Source: an uncultured Desulfarculus sp. (GTDB lineage Bacteria; Desulfobacterota; Desulfarculia; Desulfarculales; Desulfarculaceae). Taken from it: a stretch of 64,000 nucleotides of DNA. The first letter of the stretch is position 1; each line of letters begins with the position of its first letter. Under the pieces are notes generated by a model. That model was not told the DNA's origin. It saw only the letters and a program-made list of their open reading frames with translations, and did not search any database. The stretch lies in assembly GCA_963665125.2 (NCBI GenBank), contig CAXXUK010000002.1, positions 1,056,001 to 1,120,000 of the forward strand, in the 5' to 3' direction. A program made the translations under genes and the position numbers. This document shows positions 29,500 through 40,781 of the stretch, piece by piece.

Positions 29500-31896
29500 A
29501 TGGCTTTTAATCCTGAAGAAATAAAAAGCAAGCTGGTTGTTAAGGCTGTGCGCAACGTCCGAAAGGGCATGGCCAAGGACGACGCCTCCCGGGGCATGTA
29601 CCGTCCCGAGGTGAAAATGGATCTCTCCAGGTCCCGGCTCATCACCGAAAGCTACAAGATGACCGACGGCATGCCCATGGTCATGCGCCGGGCCAAGGCC
29701 ATGGACCACATCTTGAACAACATGCCGATATACATCCTGGACTGGGAGCGTATCGTCGGCAACCAAGCCGAGAGCCCGGATGCCCTTTATTTCGGCATAG
29801 ACATGAACTGGCGCTCGGTTAAACGCGTGGTCAGCGGTGAAGAAGGCAAGACCCTTCTGGACGACGCCGGCCGGCAGGAGATGGCCCAGCTCATTGAATA
29901 CTGGAAGGGCAAGTCAATGAGCGACCGCCAGCAGAGCGCCTTTACCGGCGATGTGCTCAAATACTGGCATTACGATGGGACCATGCTATGGAGCCACTGG
30001 TCCGAACAAGGCGTGCCCGACTATGAAAAAATCCTTCAAGGCGGATTAAGGGGCATCATCAAGGAGGCCGAGGAAAAGCTGGACGAACTGGACCGGACAG
30101 TGCCCCTCGGATACATCGATAAAAAGGAATTCCTGCAATCGGTCATTATCGTGATGAACGCGGCTTTGAATTTCGCCCGCCGCTACGCCGCCCTGGCCAG
30201 GGAGATGGCCCAACAGACGCCGGACGAAGACCGGAAAAAACGTCTTTTGGAAATCGCCGAGACCTGTGAGTGGGTTCCGGAAAACCCGGCCCGCACCTTG
30301 GTAGAGGCAATTCAATCGTTCTATTTCATCTATTTGATCCGCTACCTCGAATACTCGACTCTTGGCATCGGCATACGCTTTGACAAGGTTTTCGGTCCTT
30401 ATTACGAGGCGGACCTGGCCTCCGGCGCCATCACCAGAAAAGAGGCCCTGGAACTGCTTCAGTTGCTGTGGGTCAAGATCCATGAAATCGGCTTGATCTA
30501 TTCGCCTACATTGTCGGGCATCTACGGCGGCGTGGCCTCCCTGCAGGCCATCACCATCGGCGGTGTGGACGAACAGGGCCGGGACGTGACCAACGAGATG
30601 ACCTATCTGGTCCTGGAAACCGCGGAAACCATGCGATCCCTGGAGCCGTCCATTGTCCTGCGGTATCACGACAAGACGCCGGACGAGCTGCTGGCCCGCT
30701 CCGTGGACACCCTGGCCACCGGCATAGGCTACCCGTCCATTTTTAACGACAAATCCCTGATACCCATGCTGGAAAAATGGGGTGTTTCGCCGGATAGGGC
30801 CCGGGACTATTGCGTTTCCGGCTGCGTATATATCGAGGTGCCGGGGGCCAACGTGACCCGCCGCGCCGCTGGCGGGCTTGCGCTGGCAAAATGCATGTGG
30901 TGGGCGCTTCACCGGGGGGTGGATCCCAAAACCGGCGAACAGCGCGGGGCCAGGACCACGGACCCCAATACCTGGACTTCAGAGGAAGACGTCTTGAACG
31001 CCTATTTCGAGCAGGTCCGCTTCTTTTTCGACAAATTCACCAAAATCGAAAACACCTGCCGCGAACTCTACAGGAAATACCTGCCCCGGCCGTTTTACAG
31101 CGGCATCATGACCGAAGGCATCCAAAAGGCCCAGGACTGCCGAAAGTGGACCGACCCCCATCGGCTGGAGAGCTTCGTGGTCATCATGGGCGTCACCAAC
31201 GCGGCCGACAGCATCACGGCCATCAAAAAGCTGGTTTTCGACGACAAAACCGTGAGCATGGCGGAGCTTCTGCAAGCCCTGGAAAACAACTGGGAAGGCT
31301 ATGCGGACCTGCGACAAATGGCGGTCAACGCGCCGAAATTCGGCAATGACGACGACTATGCCGACGACATCGCCGTCAAGGTCCACCACGGCACCTCGGA
31401 TGTCCTGGCCGAGTTCACCGACCAGTGGGGCTTCCCCTGGAAGGGCGACGGAAGCGGTGTTTCCGGAACATACGGCCTGGCCTTTGACTGCGGGGCCACG
31501 CCGGACGGGCGGGTCCTGGGCCAACCGTTTGCCGACGCGACCCTGTCGCCCATCCAGGGCGGCGACTCCAACGGCCCCACGGCCGTGCTGAAATCAGCCT
31601 CCAAAATAAGCACGTCGCGCACCTACAACCACCTGCTGAATCAGAAGTTTCTGCCCCAGTACGTCCGGGGAGACATGAAGCCGGTGTTCGTGGATTATCT
31701 GAGGACCTGGGGGGATCTGGAAATCAGCCACATCCAGTTCAACATCGTGGACAGGCAGACGCTGGTCAAGGCCCAGCGGAACCCCGAGGAATACTCGGAC
31801 CTGATTGTCCGGGTGGCCGGCTACAGCGCCTACTTCGTGGATCTTAGCAAGGGCTTGCAGGATTCCATTATCGCCAGAACCGAACAGGCGTTTTAG
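29500..31896 (+). CDS. Glycyl radical enzyme (non-PFL, specificity unknown)
   Basis: C-terminal IVRVAGYSAYF glycyl loop, SGCVY Cys loop, APKFGNDDDYAD, ATPDGR; ATG 29500 after GGAG. Confidence 0.95.
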   Translation: MAFNPEEIKSKLVVKAVRNVRKGMAKDDASRGMYRPEVKMDLSRSRLITESYKMTDGMPMVMRRAKAMDHILNNMPIYILDWERIVGNQAESPDALYFGIDMNWRSVKRVVSGEEGKTLLDDAGRQEMAQLIEYWKGKSMSDRQQSAFTGDVLKYWHYDGTMLWSHWSEQGVPDYEKILQGGLRGIIKEAEEKLDELDRTVPLGYIDKKEFLQSVIIVMNAALNFARRYAALAREMAQQTPDEDRKKRLLEIAETCEWVPENPARTLVEAIQSFYFIYLIRYLEYSTLGIGIRFDKVFGPYYEADLASGAITRKEALELLQLLWVKIHEIGLIYSPTLSGIYGGVASLQAITIGGVDEQGRDVTNEMTYLVLETAETMRSLEPSIVLRYHDKTPDELLARSVDTLATGIGYPSIFNDKSLIPMLEKWGVSPDRARDYCVSGCVYIEVPGANVTRRAAGGLALAKCMWWALHRGVDPKTGEQRGARTTDPNTWTSEEDVLNAYFEQVRFFFDKFTKIENTCRELYRKYLPRPFYSGIMTEGIQKAQDCRKWTDPHRLESFVVIMGVTNAADSITAIKKLVFDDKTVSMAELLQALENNWEGYADLRQMAVNAPKFGNDDDYADDIAVKVHHGTSDVLAEFTDQWGFPWKGDGSGVSGTYGLAFDCGATPDGRVLGQPFADATLSPIQGGDSNGPTAVLKSASKISTSRTYNHLLNQKFLPQYVRGDMKPVFVDYLRTWGDLEISHIQFNIVDRQTLVKAQRNPEEYSDLIVRVAGYSAYFVDLSKGLQDSIIARTEQAF

Positions 31897-31905
31897 GTCC
31901 CGGGG

Positions 31906-32838
31906 ATGCGGATGGGTTCCGGTTTCAAAACAGGCGGCGGGCAAGGCTCCATCTTCAATATCCAGCGGTTTTGCGTCCATGACGGGCCGGGCATCCGCAC
32001 CACGGTGTTTATGAAGGGCTGCCCATTGCGTTGCCAATGGTGCGCCAACCCGGAGTCGCAACAACCTGGGCCCATTCTGATCACCAGGGACGTGAAATGC
32101 GTGTCCTGCGGCAAATGCGTGGAGGTCTGCCCGACCGGGGCTATTTCATTTGACCAAAACAAGCGGCGGATTATCGATTGGGAGCTTTGCAACCAGTGCC
32201 TGAAATGCGCCGAGGTCTGCCTGTACGGGTCGCTGGGGGGCTGCGGCAAAACAATAGGCGCCGAAGAGCTGGTGGCCGAGCTGCTCAAGGATGAGCCGTT
32301 TTTCAAGCGCTCCGGCGGCGGGGTCACCATCTCCGGCGGCGAACCCCTGGTCCAGCCGGAGTTCGTGCTGGGGCTGGTGGAGGCCCTGCGGGCCAAGGAC
32401 ATCCACGTCGCCTTGGACACCAGCGGTTACGCCCCGGCCGAGGTCTTTGCTCGGCTGGCGGACAATGTGGATCTGGTCCTTTTTGATATCAAGCATCTCA
32501 ATGATCAGAAACATCGGCAATTCACGGGAGTCGGGAACCAGAAAATCCTGGCCAACGCCTCTTACGCGGCGGGGCATGTCCGGACCTGGTTCAGGATGCC
32601 CGTGATCCCCGGATTCAACGACTCGCCGGAGTATGTGCGCCAAGTCGCCGCATTGTGCTCTGACCTTAAAGTCGAGAAAATATCGCTTCTGCCCTACCAC
32701 GAGGGCGGCAAGACCAAGTTTCAGCAAATCGGGAGGACCTATTTGCTGCCCGACGTTTTGCCTCCGGCGGACGAGCATATCCAACTACTCCAGAACATCT
32801 TTGCCGAGGCCGGAGTCCAGACGTCGGTGCAGAGATAA
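31906..32838 (+). CDS. Glycyl-radical activating enzyme (radical SAM with ferredoxin insert)
   Basis: HDGPGIRTTVF.KGCPLRCQWCANPES, two CxxCxxCxxxC, SGGEP. Confidence 0.96.
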   Translation: MRMGSGFKTGGGQGSIFNIQRFCVHDGPGIRTTVFMKGCPLRCQWCANPESQQPGPILITRDVKCVSCGKCVEVCPTGAISFDQNKRRIIDWELCNQCLKCAEVCLYGSLGGCGKTIGAEELVAELLKDEPFFKRSGGGVTISGGEPLVQPEFVLGLVEALRAKDIHVALDTSGYAPAEVFARLADNVDLVLFDIKHLNDQKHRQFTGVGNQKILANASYAAGHVRTWFRMPVIPGFNDSPEYVRQVAALCSDLKVEKISLLPYHEGGKTKFQQIGRTYLLPDVLPPADEHIQLLQNIFAEAGVQTSVQR

Positions 32839-33241
32839 CCGGGATCGATCCAATAGGTTCAGGCCTGAGCAGCCTGCCCGGCAATCCTTAATGCCTCGGA
32901 ATTGAGTGCCGCGAGGAGCGGCGCCGGGCTGTCTGCATCCAGCGCTTCCGTAATGTTCTCAAGTACATCCGTAATGCTATCCGGTCGTTTATTGATTCGC
33001 ATAAAACCGGGATGCTCCAGTGGCCCTTTGTCCATGATTTTGGGGAAGGGCTAATACTTCGCTAATAAGCATCAAACTCTTTTACAATAAAAGAACGGCA
33101 TTGAAGGCAACGTCTCGCTAGAAAAATAACGAACGCTAGCTCTGGAATTGCAAAGTTGATATCCTTAAATTGCTTTCGGATATGCTTGTGTTCTGTCCCA
33201 CTTAAAGGCCCACAGCGTTGATCAAGAACAGAGAAGCAAGA

Positions 33242-36200
33242 ATGAGTGCCATGCGATTGCTGGCTAAGGTCCTGGAATGGCTGGGAGACTTCGCCGCAAA
33301 ACGTACGCCGTATGATCATGGCCGGGATGCTGAACTCTGGTCATGGCGCCATAAAGTTTTTTTCGCCATATATCTGATTATTTTGCCCCTGGGTTTTCTG
33401 AGCCTGATACCCACGGCGATAACCGCCGTGAGCGCCGGTTTGTGGGAGCCCGTGGCGGCTTATGTAATCATCTATCTGTTCACCGTCTGGGTGGTCTTCG
33501 TCAAGGGGATTTCCTTTAAGCTGCGGGCCGCCCTGGCCCTGTCGATTTTTTTGCTCGCCGCCGTGGTCAATATCAACTTGGCCGGTCTGGCGGGCAGTGG
33601 ACGCGTCTGGCTGATTCTGTTTTCCCTGTTGAGCTGTTTGTTGCTGGGCGTGCGTTTCGGCTTGGCCGCCCTGGGCCTTTCCCTGGTCATGCTGTTGGGT
33701 TTTTATTTCTTTGGCATGGGCAAGATTCCCCTATGGAACCAGCGCATGGCCACCATGGGATATGAGAAGGCCTGGCTCTCAACTTCATTTACCCTATGTA
33801 TTCTCACCCTGATGATTATTATACCTCTGGCCCTGGTCATCAGGGGGCTCAGCGACAGCCTGAGACGCTCCCAAGCCCTGGAACATGACCTGCAAAAGTC
33901 CAACAAGGCTCTTCTGCAGGAGATCGGTGAGCGCGGCCGCGTCGAACAACGGATGCACGCGCTCAATACGGTCTTTATCAATTTCGGCAACGACCCCCTT
34001 GCCAACATACAGAACCTGACCATTTTGGCGGGCCGGCAACTTGGGGCAACGGCGGCGGTTTACAACCGCCAGGAAGGCGATTTCATCCATGCGGTTTGCC
34101 GCTGGAATACTCCGCCGGACTTCAAGGCCATTGCCAACGCCAAAGATCACCCTTGCAGCGAGGTCATCAATTCCGATCCACCGTCTCCCTTGATAATCAA
34201 CGACCTCGACTCCAATGCCTACAGCGGCAGCGATTTGCTCATCAAAACATGGGGCCCGATAAAGGCCTATGTTGGGTATCCCGTTGAGCTTGGCGATACG
34301 GTTCTGGGCTCTTTGTGCGTGGTTTTCAGCGACAACATCGAAATCATCGAAAGTGATCTTGAGTTCCTCAGCACGGTGGCCAAGGCTGTTGGCGTCGAGG
34401 AACAGCGTCTGCACGCGGAAGAAAAACAGAAAAACAGCCAGCGCTATCTCGACGCCATTCTCAACACCATGCAGACTGGTTTGGTGGTTATCGACGCGCA
34501 AACCCATACCATTATCGACGTCAACAATGCCGCCGCCGATGTAATCGGTTTGGCGGAACAGGAAATCATCGGCCGTGAGTGCCACGGATTTATCTGTCAG
34601 GCGCAACGCGGGCAATGCCCGCTCACGGACCTGGGCATGGAGTTGGACAACTCCGAGCGGGTGTTGTTGGGCGCGGACGGCGCGGAGGTCGATATCCTCA
34701 AGAGTGCCAACTATCTAGAAAGCGACGGTCGGAAACTTATAATCGAAAGCTTCGTCGATATATCGGCCTTAAAGGAGGCGGAGCGGGCGCTGCGGGACAG
34801 CGAATCCAAATACCGTCTGCTCACCGAGAGGACCTCCGGCGTTGTCTGGTATTACGACATTGCCAAGGACAAGGTTACATATGCCAGCCCTTCCGTAATG
34901 AGGGTTTTCGGCTATACGGCCGAAGAATTTGTCGAATTGCCTTTGGCGCGGATCAACACGCCGGAATCTCTTCAAAAATTAGAGGGGCGCCTGATCAACG
35001 AACTGGCCAGGGACCAACAGCCCGGTACGGAAAAGTTTCGCGTGGTTGATCTGCAATTGGAGCAGTTGCACAAAAACGGTCAGATCATCCATGTGGAACT
35101 GGGCATGTCCTTCGACCGGGGATCCGACGATGAAATATTGGGGGTGATTGGTGTTACTCGCGATGTGACGGCCCGCCGCAAGGCCGAAGAGGCGCTGAAA
35201 AAGAGCGAAGAAAAATACAGGATGATCCTCAACGAAATGGAAGACGCCTATTTCGAATTGGACCTGGATGGCAACCTGACCTTTTTCAATCGTTCCCTCA
35301 GCGCAGGCTTGGATTACGAACCCATGGAAATCATGGGCCACAATGTCAGCGAGTTCGTGGTCCCAGACGAACTGCCCAAGCTCCACCTGGCCTTTGAGAA
35401 AGTGTTGCAGACAGGACAGAGCAGCGACGCCTTTGATTGGGTTTTCGTGACCAGGGAAGGCATTGTCAAGAATATGCAATCGTCGATTACGCTGCTGAGG
35501 GGACAAAACGGAGAGCCGAGAGGCTATAAGGGCCTGGCCAGAGATATTACGGAGGCAAAAAAGGCCGAGAGGCTCCAGCGGGAAAAACTAAAGGCCGAGT
35601 TGGCCAGCCAGGCCAAGAGCCAATTCTTGGCCAACATGAGCCATGAGATCCGCACACCAATCAACGGCATCATCGGCATGGTGGAATTGATGCTCGAAAA
35701 GGGAATGCAGGGCGATGACCTGCGCTTTTTAAATGTAATCAACTCCGAGGCGGAAAACCTGCTGGCGCTTGTTAATGATATTTTGGACTTTTCCAAGATC
35801 GAAGCCGGGAAGATGACCCTGGAGCAGGTGCCGTTTGACCTCAGGGAAATGGTCGAAGACCTGGGCAAGGCCTTCGCCTACCGTGCGGCCAAAAAAGGTT
35901 TGGAGTTTTCGTCGTATGTTAGCCCGGAAATCGAAACGCCGCTTATCGGCGATGCCAACCGGTTGCGCCAAGTTGTTACGAACCTATGCGTCAACGCCCT
36001 GAAATTCACCGAGCAGGGGCAGATCGTCGTATCCGCCCTGTTGCAGAAAGACCTTGGCGACCGATTGGAGGTTCGCATTGAAATCCAGGACACGGGAGTA
36101 GGCGTTCCGGAACATAAGCAAACATTGATATTCGAAAGCTTTACCCAAGCCGACGACTCAACCACCAGACGCTACGGTGGCACGGGACTGGGCACGACCA

Positions 36201-37561
36201 TCGCCAGGGAACTGGTCGTGCTGATGGGTGGCGTACTGGGGGTGCAGAGCGAAGAGGGGGTTGGCAGCACCTTCTGGGTTGAGCTGACCCTGCCCAAAGC
36301 CGCGTTGGTTATGGCCTCCAACAAATGCATGGTCGATCTGAACAGTTTTTCAATGCTCGTCGTTGATGACAACTCCACCAACGCCTTTATTGTTTCGTCC
36401 TATTTAAAGGCTTTGCATTGTCGGGTGGATCAGGTGTCGACGGCCGAAGATGCCTTGGACCTGTTGGCTATTCGGAAAAGAGAGGGCAAGCCATACGACC
36501 TGCTGATCACCGACATATGCATGCCCGGCACTTCCGGGTTGATCTTGGCGGAAAAAGTAGCCGAAAACGAAGATACCGGATGCCCATTTATTTTGGGTCT
36601 GAGTTCGATTGGAGACGAAAAGCTCATCGCCGACCAGGGCTTGCAGTACCTGGACGGATTTTTGGAAAAGCCGTTGCGCCGTGACGATCTCGTGGCAAAG
36701 GTGCTGGAACTGCTGAACCCGGACAGACAAAGCAAGCCGGCTGTTTTATTTTTAGACATGTTGGCAGCGGACCCGCACTCAGGCGGTAAGGCACTCAACA
36801 TCCTGGTCGTGGATGATTACAAGACCAACCAGTTGGTGGCATTTTCCCATTTGAATTCGGAGGGCCATCGGGTTGACGTGGCCGCCAACGGTAATGAGGC
36901 GGTAGAGGCCGTTAAAAACAAAGATTTTGACCTGGTTCTCATGGACCTGCAGATGCCGGTGATGGACGGCTACCAGGCCACCAATGCGATCAGGATGATC
37001 GAGCAGCAGACGCAAAGGCGGACCCCGATAATCGCCATGACCGCTCACGCCCTGGCCGGGTACCGCGAGAAGTGTCTGGATGCGGGCATGGATGATTATG
37101 TGGTCAAGCCGCTACGCCGTGTTGACCTGCTGGCCATTGTGGATAAATGGTGCCTGAGTGGCGAAATAAACCAACAGCGGCCTGCTGTCGCGGTTGATGT
37201 CATTGCACCCGGCCAAGCCGGCGAACTAGCGTTTGACCTGGATAGGGCGGCCCGGGAATTTGATGACGACAGGGAGTTCATGCTACAGATCGCGGCAAAT
37301 TTCCTGGAAGAGGCCGATAGAGATGCCGGGGCCATGGAAAAGGCCATTGGCCAGGGGGATGGCGATGCCCTTGCCAGGTTGGCTCATGGCATCAAGGGCG
37401 GAGCCGCAAACCTAACCGCCGATAAGCTGGCCCATAAGGCGGCCGCGTTGGAACAAACCGGCTCAGGCGGCGATCTGACCGATGCTGAAGATCAGCTTTC
37501 TCAATTCAAACAAGAATTGGAAGTATTACGCGAGATAATCAACGGCGCAATAGCTGGTTGA
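33242..37561 (+). CDS. Hybrid sensor kinase (multi-TM, GAF, 3 PAS, HisKA, HATPase, 2 REC, HPt)
   Basis: [23 protein letters not shown], two receivers, AHGIKG HPt. Confidence 0.95.
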   Translation: MSAMRLLAKVLEWLGDFAAKRTPYDHGRDAELWSWRHKVFFAIYLIILPLGFLSLIPTAITAVSAGLWEPVAAYVIIYLFTVWVVFVKGISFKLRAALALSIFLLAAVVNINLAGLAGSGRVWLILFSLLSCLLLGVRFGLAALGLSLVMLLGFYFFGMGKIPLWNQRMATMGYEKAWLSTSFTLCILTLMIIIPLALVIRGLSDSLRRSQALEHDLQKSNKALLQEIGERGRVEQRMHALNTVFINFGNDPLANIQNLTILAGRQLGATAAVYNRQEGDFIHAVCRWNTPPDFKAIANAKDHPCSEVINSDPPSPLIINDLDSNAYSGSDLLIKTWGPIKAYVGYPVELGDTVLGSLCVVFSDNIEIIESDLEFLSTVAKAVGVEEQRLHAEEKQKNSQRYLDAILNTMQTGLVVIDAQTHTIIDVNNAAADVIGLAEQEIIGRECHGFICQAQRGQCPLTDLGMELDNSERVLLGADGAEVDILKSANYLESDGRKLIIESFVDISALKEAERALRDSESKYRLLTERTSGVVWYYDIAKDKVTYASPSVMRVFGYTAEEFVELPLARINTPESLQKLEGRLINELARDQQPGTEKFRVVDLQLEQLHKNGQIIHVELGMSFDRGSDDEILGVIGVTRDVTARRKAEEALKKSEEKYRMILNEMEDAYFELDLDGNLTFFNRSLSAGLDYEPMEIMGHNVSEFVVPDELPKLHLAFEKVLQTGQSSDAFDWVFVTREGIVKNMQSSITLLRGQNGEPRGYKGLARDITEAKKAERLQREKLKAELASQAKSQFLANMSHEIRTPINGIIGMVELMLEKGMQGDDLRFLNVINSEAENLLALVNDILDFSKIEAGKMTLEQVPFDLREMVEDLGKAFAYRAAKKGLEFSSYVSPEIETPLIGDANRLRQVVTNLCVNALKFTEQGQIVVSALLQKDLGDRLEVRIEIQDTGVGVPEHKQTLIFESFTQADDSTTRRYGGTGLGTTIARELVVLMGGVLGVQSEEGVGSTFWVELTLPKAALVMASNKCMVDLNSFSMLVVDDNSTNAFIVSSYLKALHCRVDQVSTAEDALDLLAIRKREGKPYDLLITDICMPGTSGLILAEKVAENEDTGCPFILGLSSIGDEKLIADQGLQYLDGFLEKPLRRDDLVAKVLELLNPDRQSKPAVLFLDMLAADPHSGGKALNILVVDDYKTNQLVAFSHLNSEGHRVDVAANGNEAVEAVKNKDFDLVLMDLQMPVMDGYQATNAIRMIEQQTQRRTPIIAMTAHALAGYREKCLDAGMDDYVVKPLRRVDLLAIVDKWCLSGEINQQRPAVAVDVIAPGQAGELAFDLDRAAREFDDDREFMLQIAANFLEEADRDAGAMEKAIGQGDGDALARLAHGIKGGAANLTADKLAHKAAALEQTGSGGDLTDAEDQLSQFKQELEVLREIINGAIAG

Positions 37562-37684
37562 AAAGGCCAGGGCGCTTGGATGGTTGTCCATTGCCTGGGC
37601 TACAATATTTTAAGGCGGGGCCGGACGAAGGAAAATCAATCGGCGGTGATTTGACACAATTCCGTTCTTGAAGAGGATCTAGAT

Positions 37685-38077
37685 ATGAGATGTCTTGTGG
37701 TGGATGACGAGGTCGTCAGCAGGTCTAAGATGCAAAAAATATTGAAGCAGTATGGCCATTGTCACGCCGTGGAGAGCGGCAAAGAGGCCCTGACATACTT
37801 TATGGAGTGCTGGGCCAAGTGGCAGCCTCTTGATTTGATCACCCTTGATGTGAAAATGCCCGAGATGGACGGCGACGAGGTCTTGTTCGCTATACGCGAG
37901 ATGGAGGCCCAAAAGGGTGTCGAAGAAAGACATCGGGTGCGTGTCCTGATGGTCAGCTCACTCAAGGACAAGGACACGGTGGTTACCTGCATCCAGGCCG
38001 GTTGCGATAATTACGTCATGAAGCCTTTCAACTCCGAGGACATAAAAGACAAATTGATCAAACTCGGCCTTGCTTGA
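37685..38077 (+). CDS. Single-domain response regulator (CheY-like)
   Basis: LVVDD, LDVKMPEMDG, KPF. Confidence 0.93.
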   Translation: MRCLVVDDEVVSRSKMQKILKQYGHCHAVESGKEALTYFMECWAKWQPLDLITLDVKMPEMDGDEVLFAIREMEAQKGVEERHRVRVLMVSSLKDKDTVVTCIQAGCDNYVMKPFNSEDIKDKLIKLGLA

Positions 38078-38197
38078 GCCGTGCCAGCCGCCAGACGAGA
38101 GATAGTACAGCCAATCCCTCGGGCGCCTTGCCTGCTTTGTTTCCTGGCCCCTGTCGTGGCGAAATGAGATCGTCCCCCGGTTTTAGCCTCACCTGTT

Positions 38198-39691
38198 CTA
38201 CTTGAACAGCCAGACAACGATTCCCACCAAAAATGAAATGGCGATTCCCAGGGGTATGGTCAGACGCAGGATTTGACCTTCCTTGCCCACCGCGCCGACC
38301 ATGGGCGCGGCCAGGGCGATCTTGAACGGCGATGATATAGAGCCGATGGAGGTGCCCACGGCCAGGGCCGCGGCCAGCCAGGCGGGGGAGGTGTTCAATA
38401 TGTCGGCGGCTTCCACCTGCAATTTGCCGAAAAGCATCAGCGAGGCTACGCCGTAACCGGTGAGAAAGGTGCCGACCCAGCCCAGGAAGGGGACGAATAT
38501 CGGATAGAACGAACCCGTGTACTGGACCAAACCCTGGGAGATGATCCAGGGGATGTTGTGCGCGTTGTCCAGGGCAACGAAACCCGGTCCATAGCCGGTG
38601 TAGGAAATGATCTGGCCCATTGCTCCGAAAAAGCACACGGCCACAAAGGAACGCCAGCCTTTCATCATCCCCGCGCGAAAGACGTGTTTGAGCCTGGCCG
38701 CCGAAACCCGCTGCAATCCGGCCGAGATGAACAATGCCAGCAAAATGTATAGATAGGCCGAAAACAGCGGGCGCAGGGTGACGCTGTGCACGGGAATGAT
38801 CTGGATATTGACGCTGAGCTTGTTGAAGGTCAGTTCGCGCAAATAGGGAATGGAATTGACCGAGAACAGGCACAGGATCAAAAACAGGAACGGAGCCAGG
38901 TCGGTCAGGATACCCTCCTGACGGCGGGGCTTGCCCGAACCCAACAACATGATCAGCACTATCACCGCCAGTCCGGCCAGGGTGCCGGAGATGGGCAGGG
39001 CGTCCAGCGCCACGATGCCCACGCCCGTGAAACCCAGGACCAGGCCGATGACCAGGGCCATGCCCAACGCCCGCATGCGCCCGTTGCCGGCGGGTAAAAA
39101 CAGGAGAGTCGAAAGCGCCATCAACACCGTGGCCGGGATGGACAGCCAGGCCGCGCTGGGGCCAAGTTCCTGGATGGACATCCCCGTGACCAGAGACAGC
39201 ACCGTGATGATGATTCCGGCCAGCTCCAGGGTCATCATTCCGGCGTAGCCGATAATGGAAAGGGTGGCCGCGCCGGTGGGCGAAACCCCGGCCGCCCTGA
39301 GCATGGGCGCCACCACGGGCTCGGCGATGACCCCCGAGCCCTCCATGAAGTTGCCCACGCCGAAGGTGATGAGCATGTCTCGGCCCATTGAGTCGCCGGT
39401 GCCCGTCTCGAGCCAGTAAACAATACGGGTGAGCGAGCCCGTTTCCATGAGCAGGGCCGACAGCAGCATGCCGGTGATGATGACCAGCAGCAGCGGCAGG
39501 GTGGTCAATATGCCGTCAAGGGATGTGAGCAAGGTCACGCTGAGCGGGGTTTCATAAAAGACAATGGCCATGAGCAGGGAATAGACAAACCCGTAGATGG
39601 AAAGTTCCAGGGCCGAGCGGCGGAAAAATACCGCCAGGACCGTCAGAAGAATCACGGGAGACCAACCCAATAGGAATAAACCTGTGTCCAT
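38198..39691 (-). CDS. L-lactate permease-family transporter
   Basis: Many TM helices, NFMEG, PFLGWVGTFLTG, ISSPFKI, GKEGQIL. Confidence 0.8.
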   Translation of the reverse strand: MDTGLFLLGWSPVILLTVLAVFFRRSALELSIYGFVYSLLMAIVFYETPLSVTLLTSLDGILTTLPLLLVIITGMLLSALLMETGSLTRIVYWLETGTGDSMGRDMLITFGVGNFMEGSGVIAEPVVAPMLRAAGVSPTGAATLSIIGYAGMMTLELAGIIITVLSLVTGMSIQELGPSAAWLSIPATVLMALSTLLFLPAGNGRMRALGMALVIGLVLGFTGVGIVALDALPISGTLAGLAVIVLIMLLGSGKPRRQEGILTDLAPFLFLILCLFSVNSIPYLRELTFNKLSVNIQIIPVHSVTLRPLFSAYLYILLALFISAGLQRVSAARLKHVFRAGMMKGWRSFVAVCFFGAMGQIISYTGYGPGFVALDNAHNIPWIISQGLVQYTGSFYPIFVPFLGWVGTFLTGYGVASLMLFGKLQVEAADILNTSPAWLAAALAVGTSIGSISSPFKIALAAPMVGAVGKEGQILRLTIPLGIAISFLVGIVVWLFK

Positions 39692-39953
39692 GCGCTAACC
39701 TTCAACCCGGGTGTCCACTGACATCCTATCTGAGCCGGTTGCCCGGCCCTGCCGTATGGCAAGTGTGTTTCTCAAGCAAGTTTCAGGTGATTGTCAGTGT
39801 ACAAAAGCGATATTAGTTAACACGCTATCGCGATTGCCGTCAATGAATCCGGCCGTAGACAACACCCGGCAGGTCAGGCATGACCCCCCAAATAAAGACT
39901 GTTCTACCGGCGGGGGCGAATCCGTTCAGCGAGTTAACATGCGTTGATAAATT

Positions 39954-39987
39954 TTAACATGAGTTAATATATACCAACTCATGTTAA
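39954..39987. promoter_or_regulatory. Perfect 12-bp inverted repeat, candidate activator/operator site
   Basis: TTAACATGAGTT-N10-AACTCATGTTAA; related half-site at ~39933. Confidence 0.65.
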
Positions 39988-40077
39988 CGGGTGTTGCTGG
40001 TGGCGTATCGCCGGCAGCGTGATTGAATAAGCAATTAAAACAAATTGATAGCTCAATGCTGCGGCGGAACGTCCGTT

Positions 40078-40093
40078 TGGCCTCTGGTTTGCT
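40078..40093 (+). promoter_or_regulatory. Sigma-54 promoter of DsrE-family gene
   Basis: TGGCCTCTGGTTTGCT, GG-N10-GC; AT-rich IHF-like tract upstream. Confidence 0.7.
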
Positions 40094-40219
40094 TTGCCTA
40101 TGGGACAAAACAAACCCTGGCGGAAAAGCCGGATGCCAACAGCGTCGGAACAAGGCCGGGCTGACACTTGAAACTAAAAATGCCGGGAATCGGCAATGCG
40201 ACCAGCAAAGGGAGAAATC

Positions 40220-40585
40220 ATGGACCAGAAGTTCCTCTTCGTCATTTCCAAGGGTTTTGAAAAGGCGGGCGCGGCCACCAGGGCCATGCAGTTTGCGGCG
40301 GTGGCGGCGGAAAAGGGCCACAACGTGGAAGTGTTTCTCATTGACGACGCCATCCATTGGGCCCAGTTGGGCATGGCCGAAGGCATCCGTTCCTCCACGG
40401 GCGAGCACATGAAGGAACTGATCGACCAACTCAACGCCCACGGCGGCGCCATATACGTGTGTAAGGCTTGCGCGGACAAGCGCCTGGTCAGCCCCGACGA
40501 GTTGGTCAGCGGTGCGGACATGGCCGGCGCGCCCGCTCTGGTGGATATGATGACCTCTCCTGAATACAAGGTCTTCACATTCTAG
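40220..40585 (+). CDS. DsrE/DsrF-family protein
   Basis: VEVFLIDDAI, YVCKAC..KR; GGAG RBS. Confidence 0.85.
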   Translation: MDQKFLFVISKGFEKAGAATRAMQFAAVAAEKGHNVEVFLIDDAIHWAQLGMAEGIRSSTGEHMKELIDQLNAHGGAIYVCKACADKRLVSPDELVSGADMAGAPALVDMMTSPEYKVFTF

Positions 40586-40741
40586 AAAGGTGTTGAAAAA
40601 GTCCGTCCTGGACTTTTTCAACCGCTACTTGGCAAAAGCGTGGTTTTGCCAAGTAACTCGATTCGCTTGTTTTTGCAAAACTGCGCAAATCGGCGGGCCG
40701 TCCGTGGCCCGCCTGGCAGGCTGTTTTTCAACAGCTTGCCA
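40583..40741. mobile_element. MITE-like element, second full copy
   Basis: TAGAAAGGTGTTGAAAAA...TTTTTCAACAGCTTGCCA; collinear with 25567 copy. Confidence 0.8.
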
Positions 40742-40781
40742 GACGATCGCGGCTTTGGTCCTGGGTGAAAGGATGATGATT

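Noticed and set aside
29500..31896. PFL, benzylsuccinate synthase, CutC or GRE microcompartment
   Set aside because: No CC, LCMS or GCVE motif; no small subunits or shell genes
40100..40200. c-di-GMP riboswitch in DsrE leader
   Set aside because: Only partial resemblance (CAAACC...GAAA); conserved GCAAA/P1 elements not found
40590..40781. N-terminal extension of SBF transporter in ORF track
   Set aside because: It is translation of the MITE, not protein
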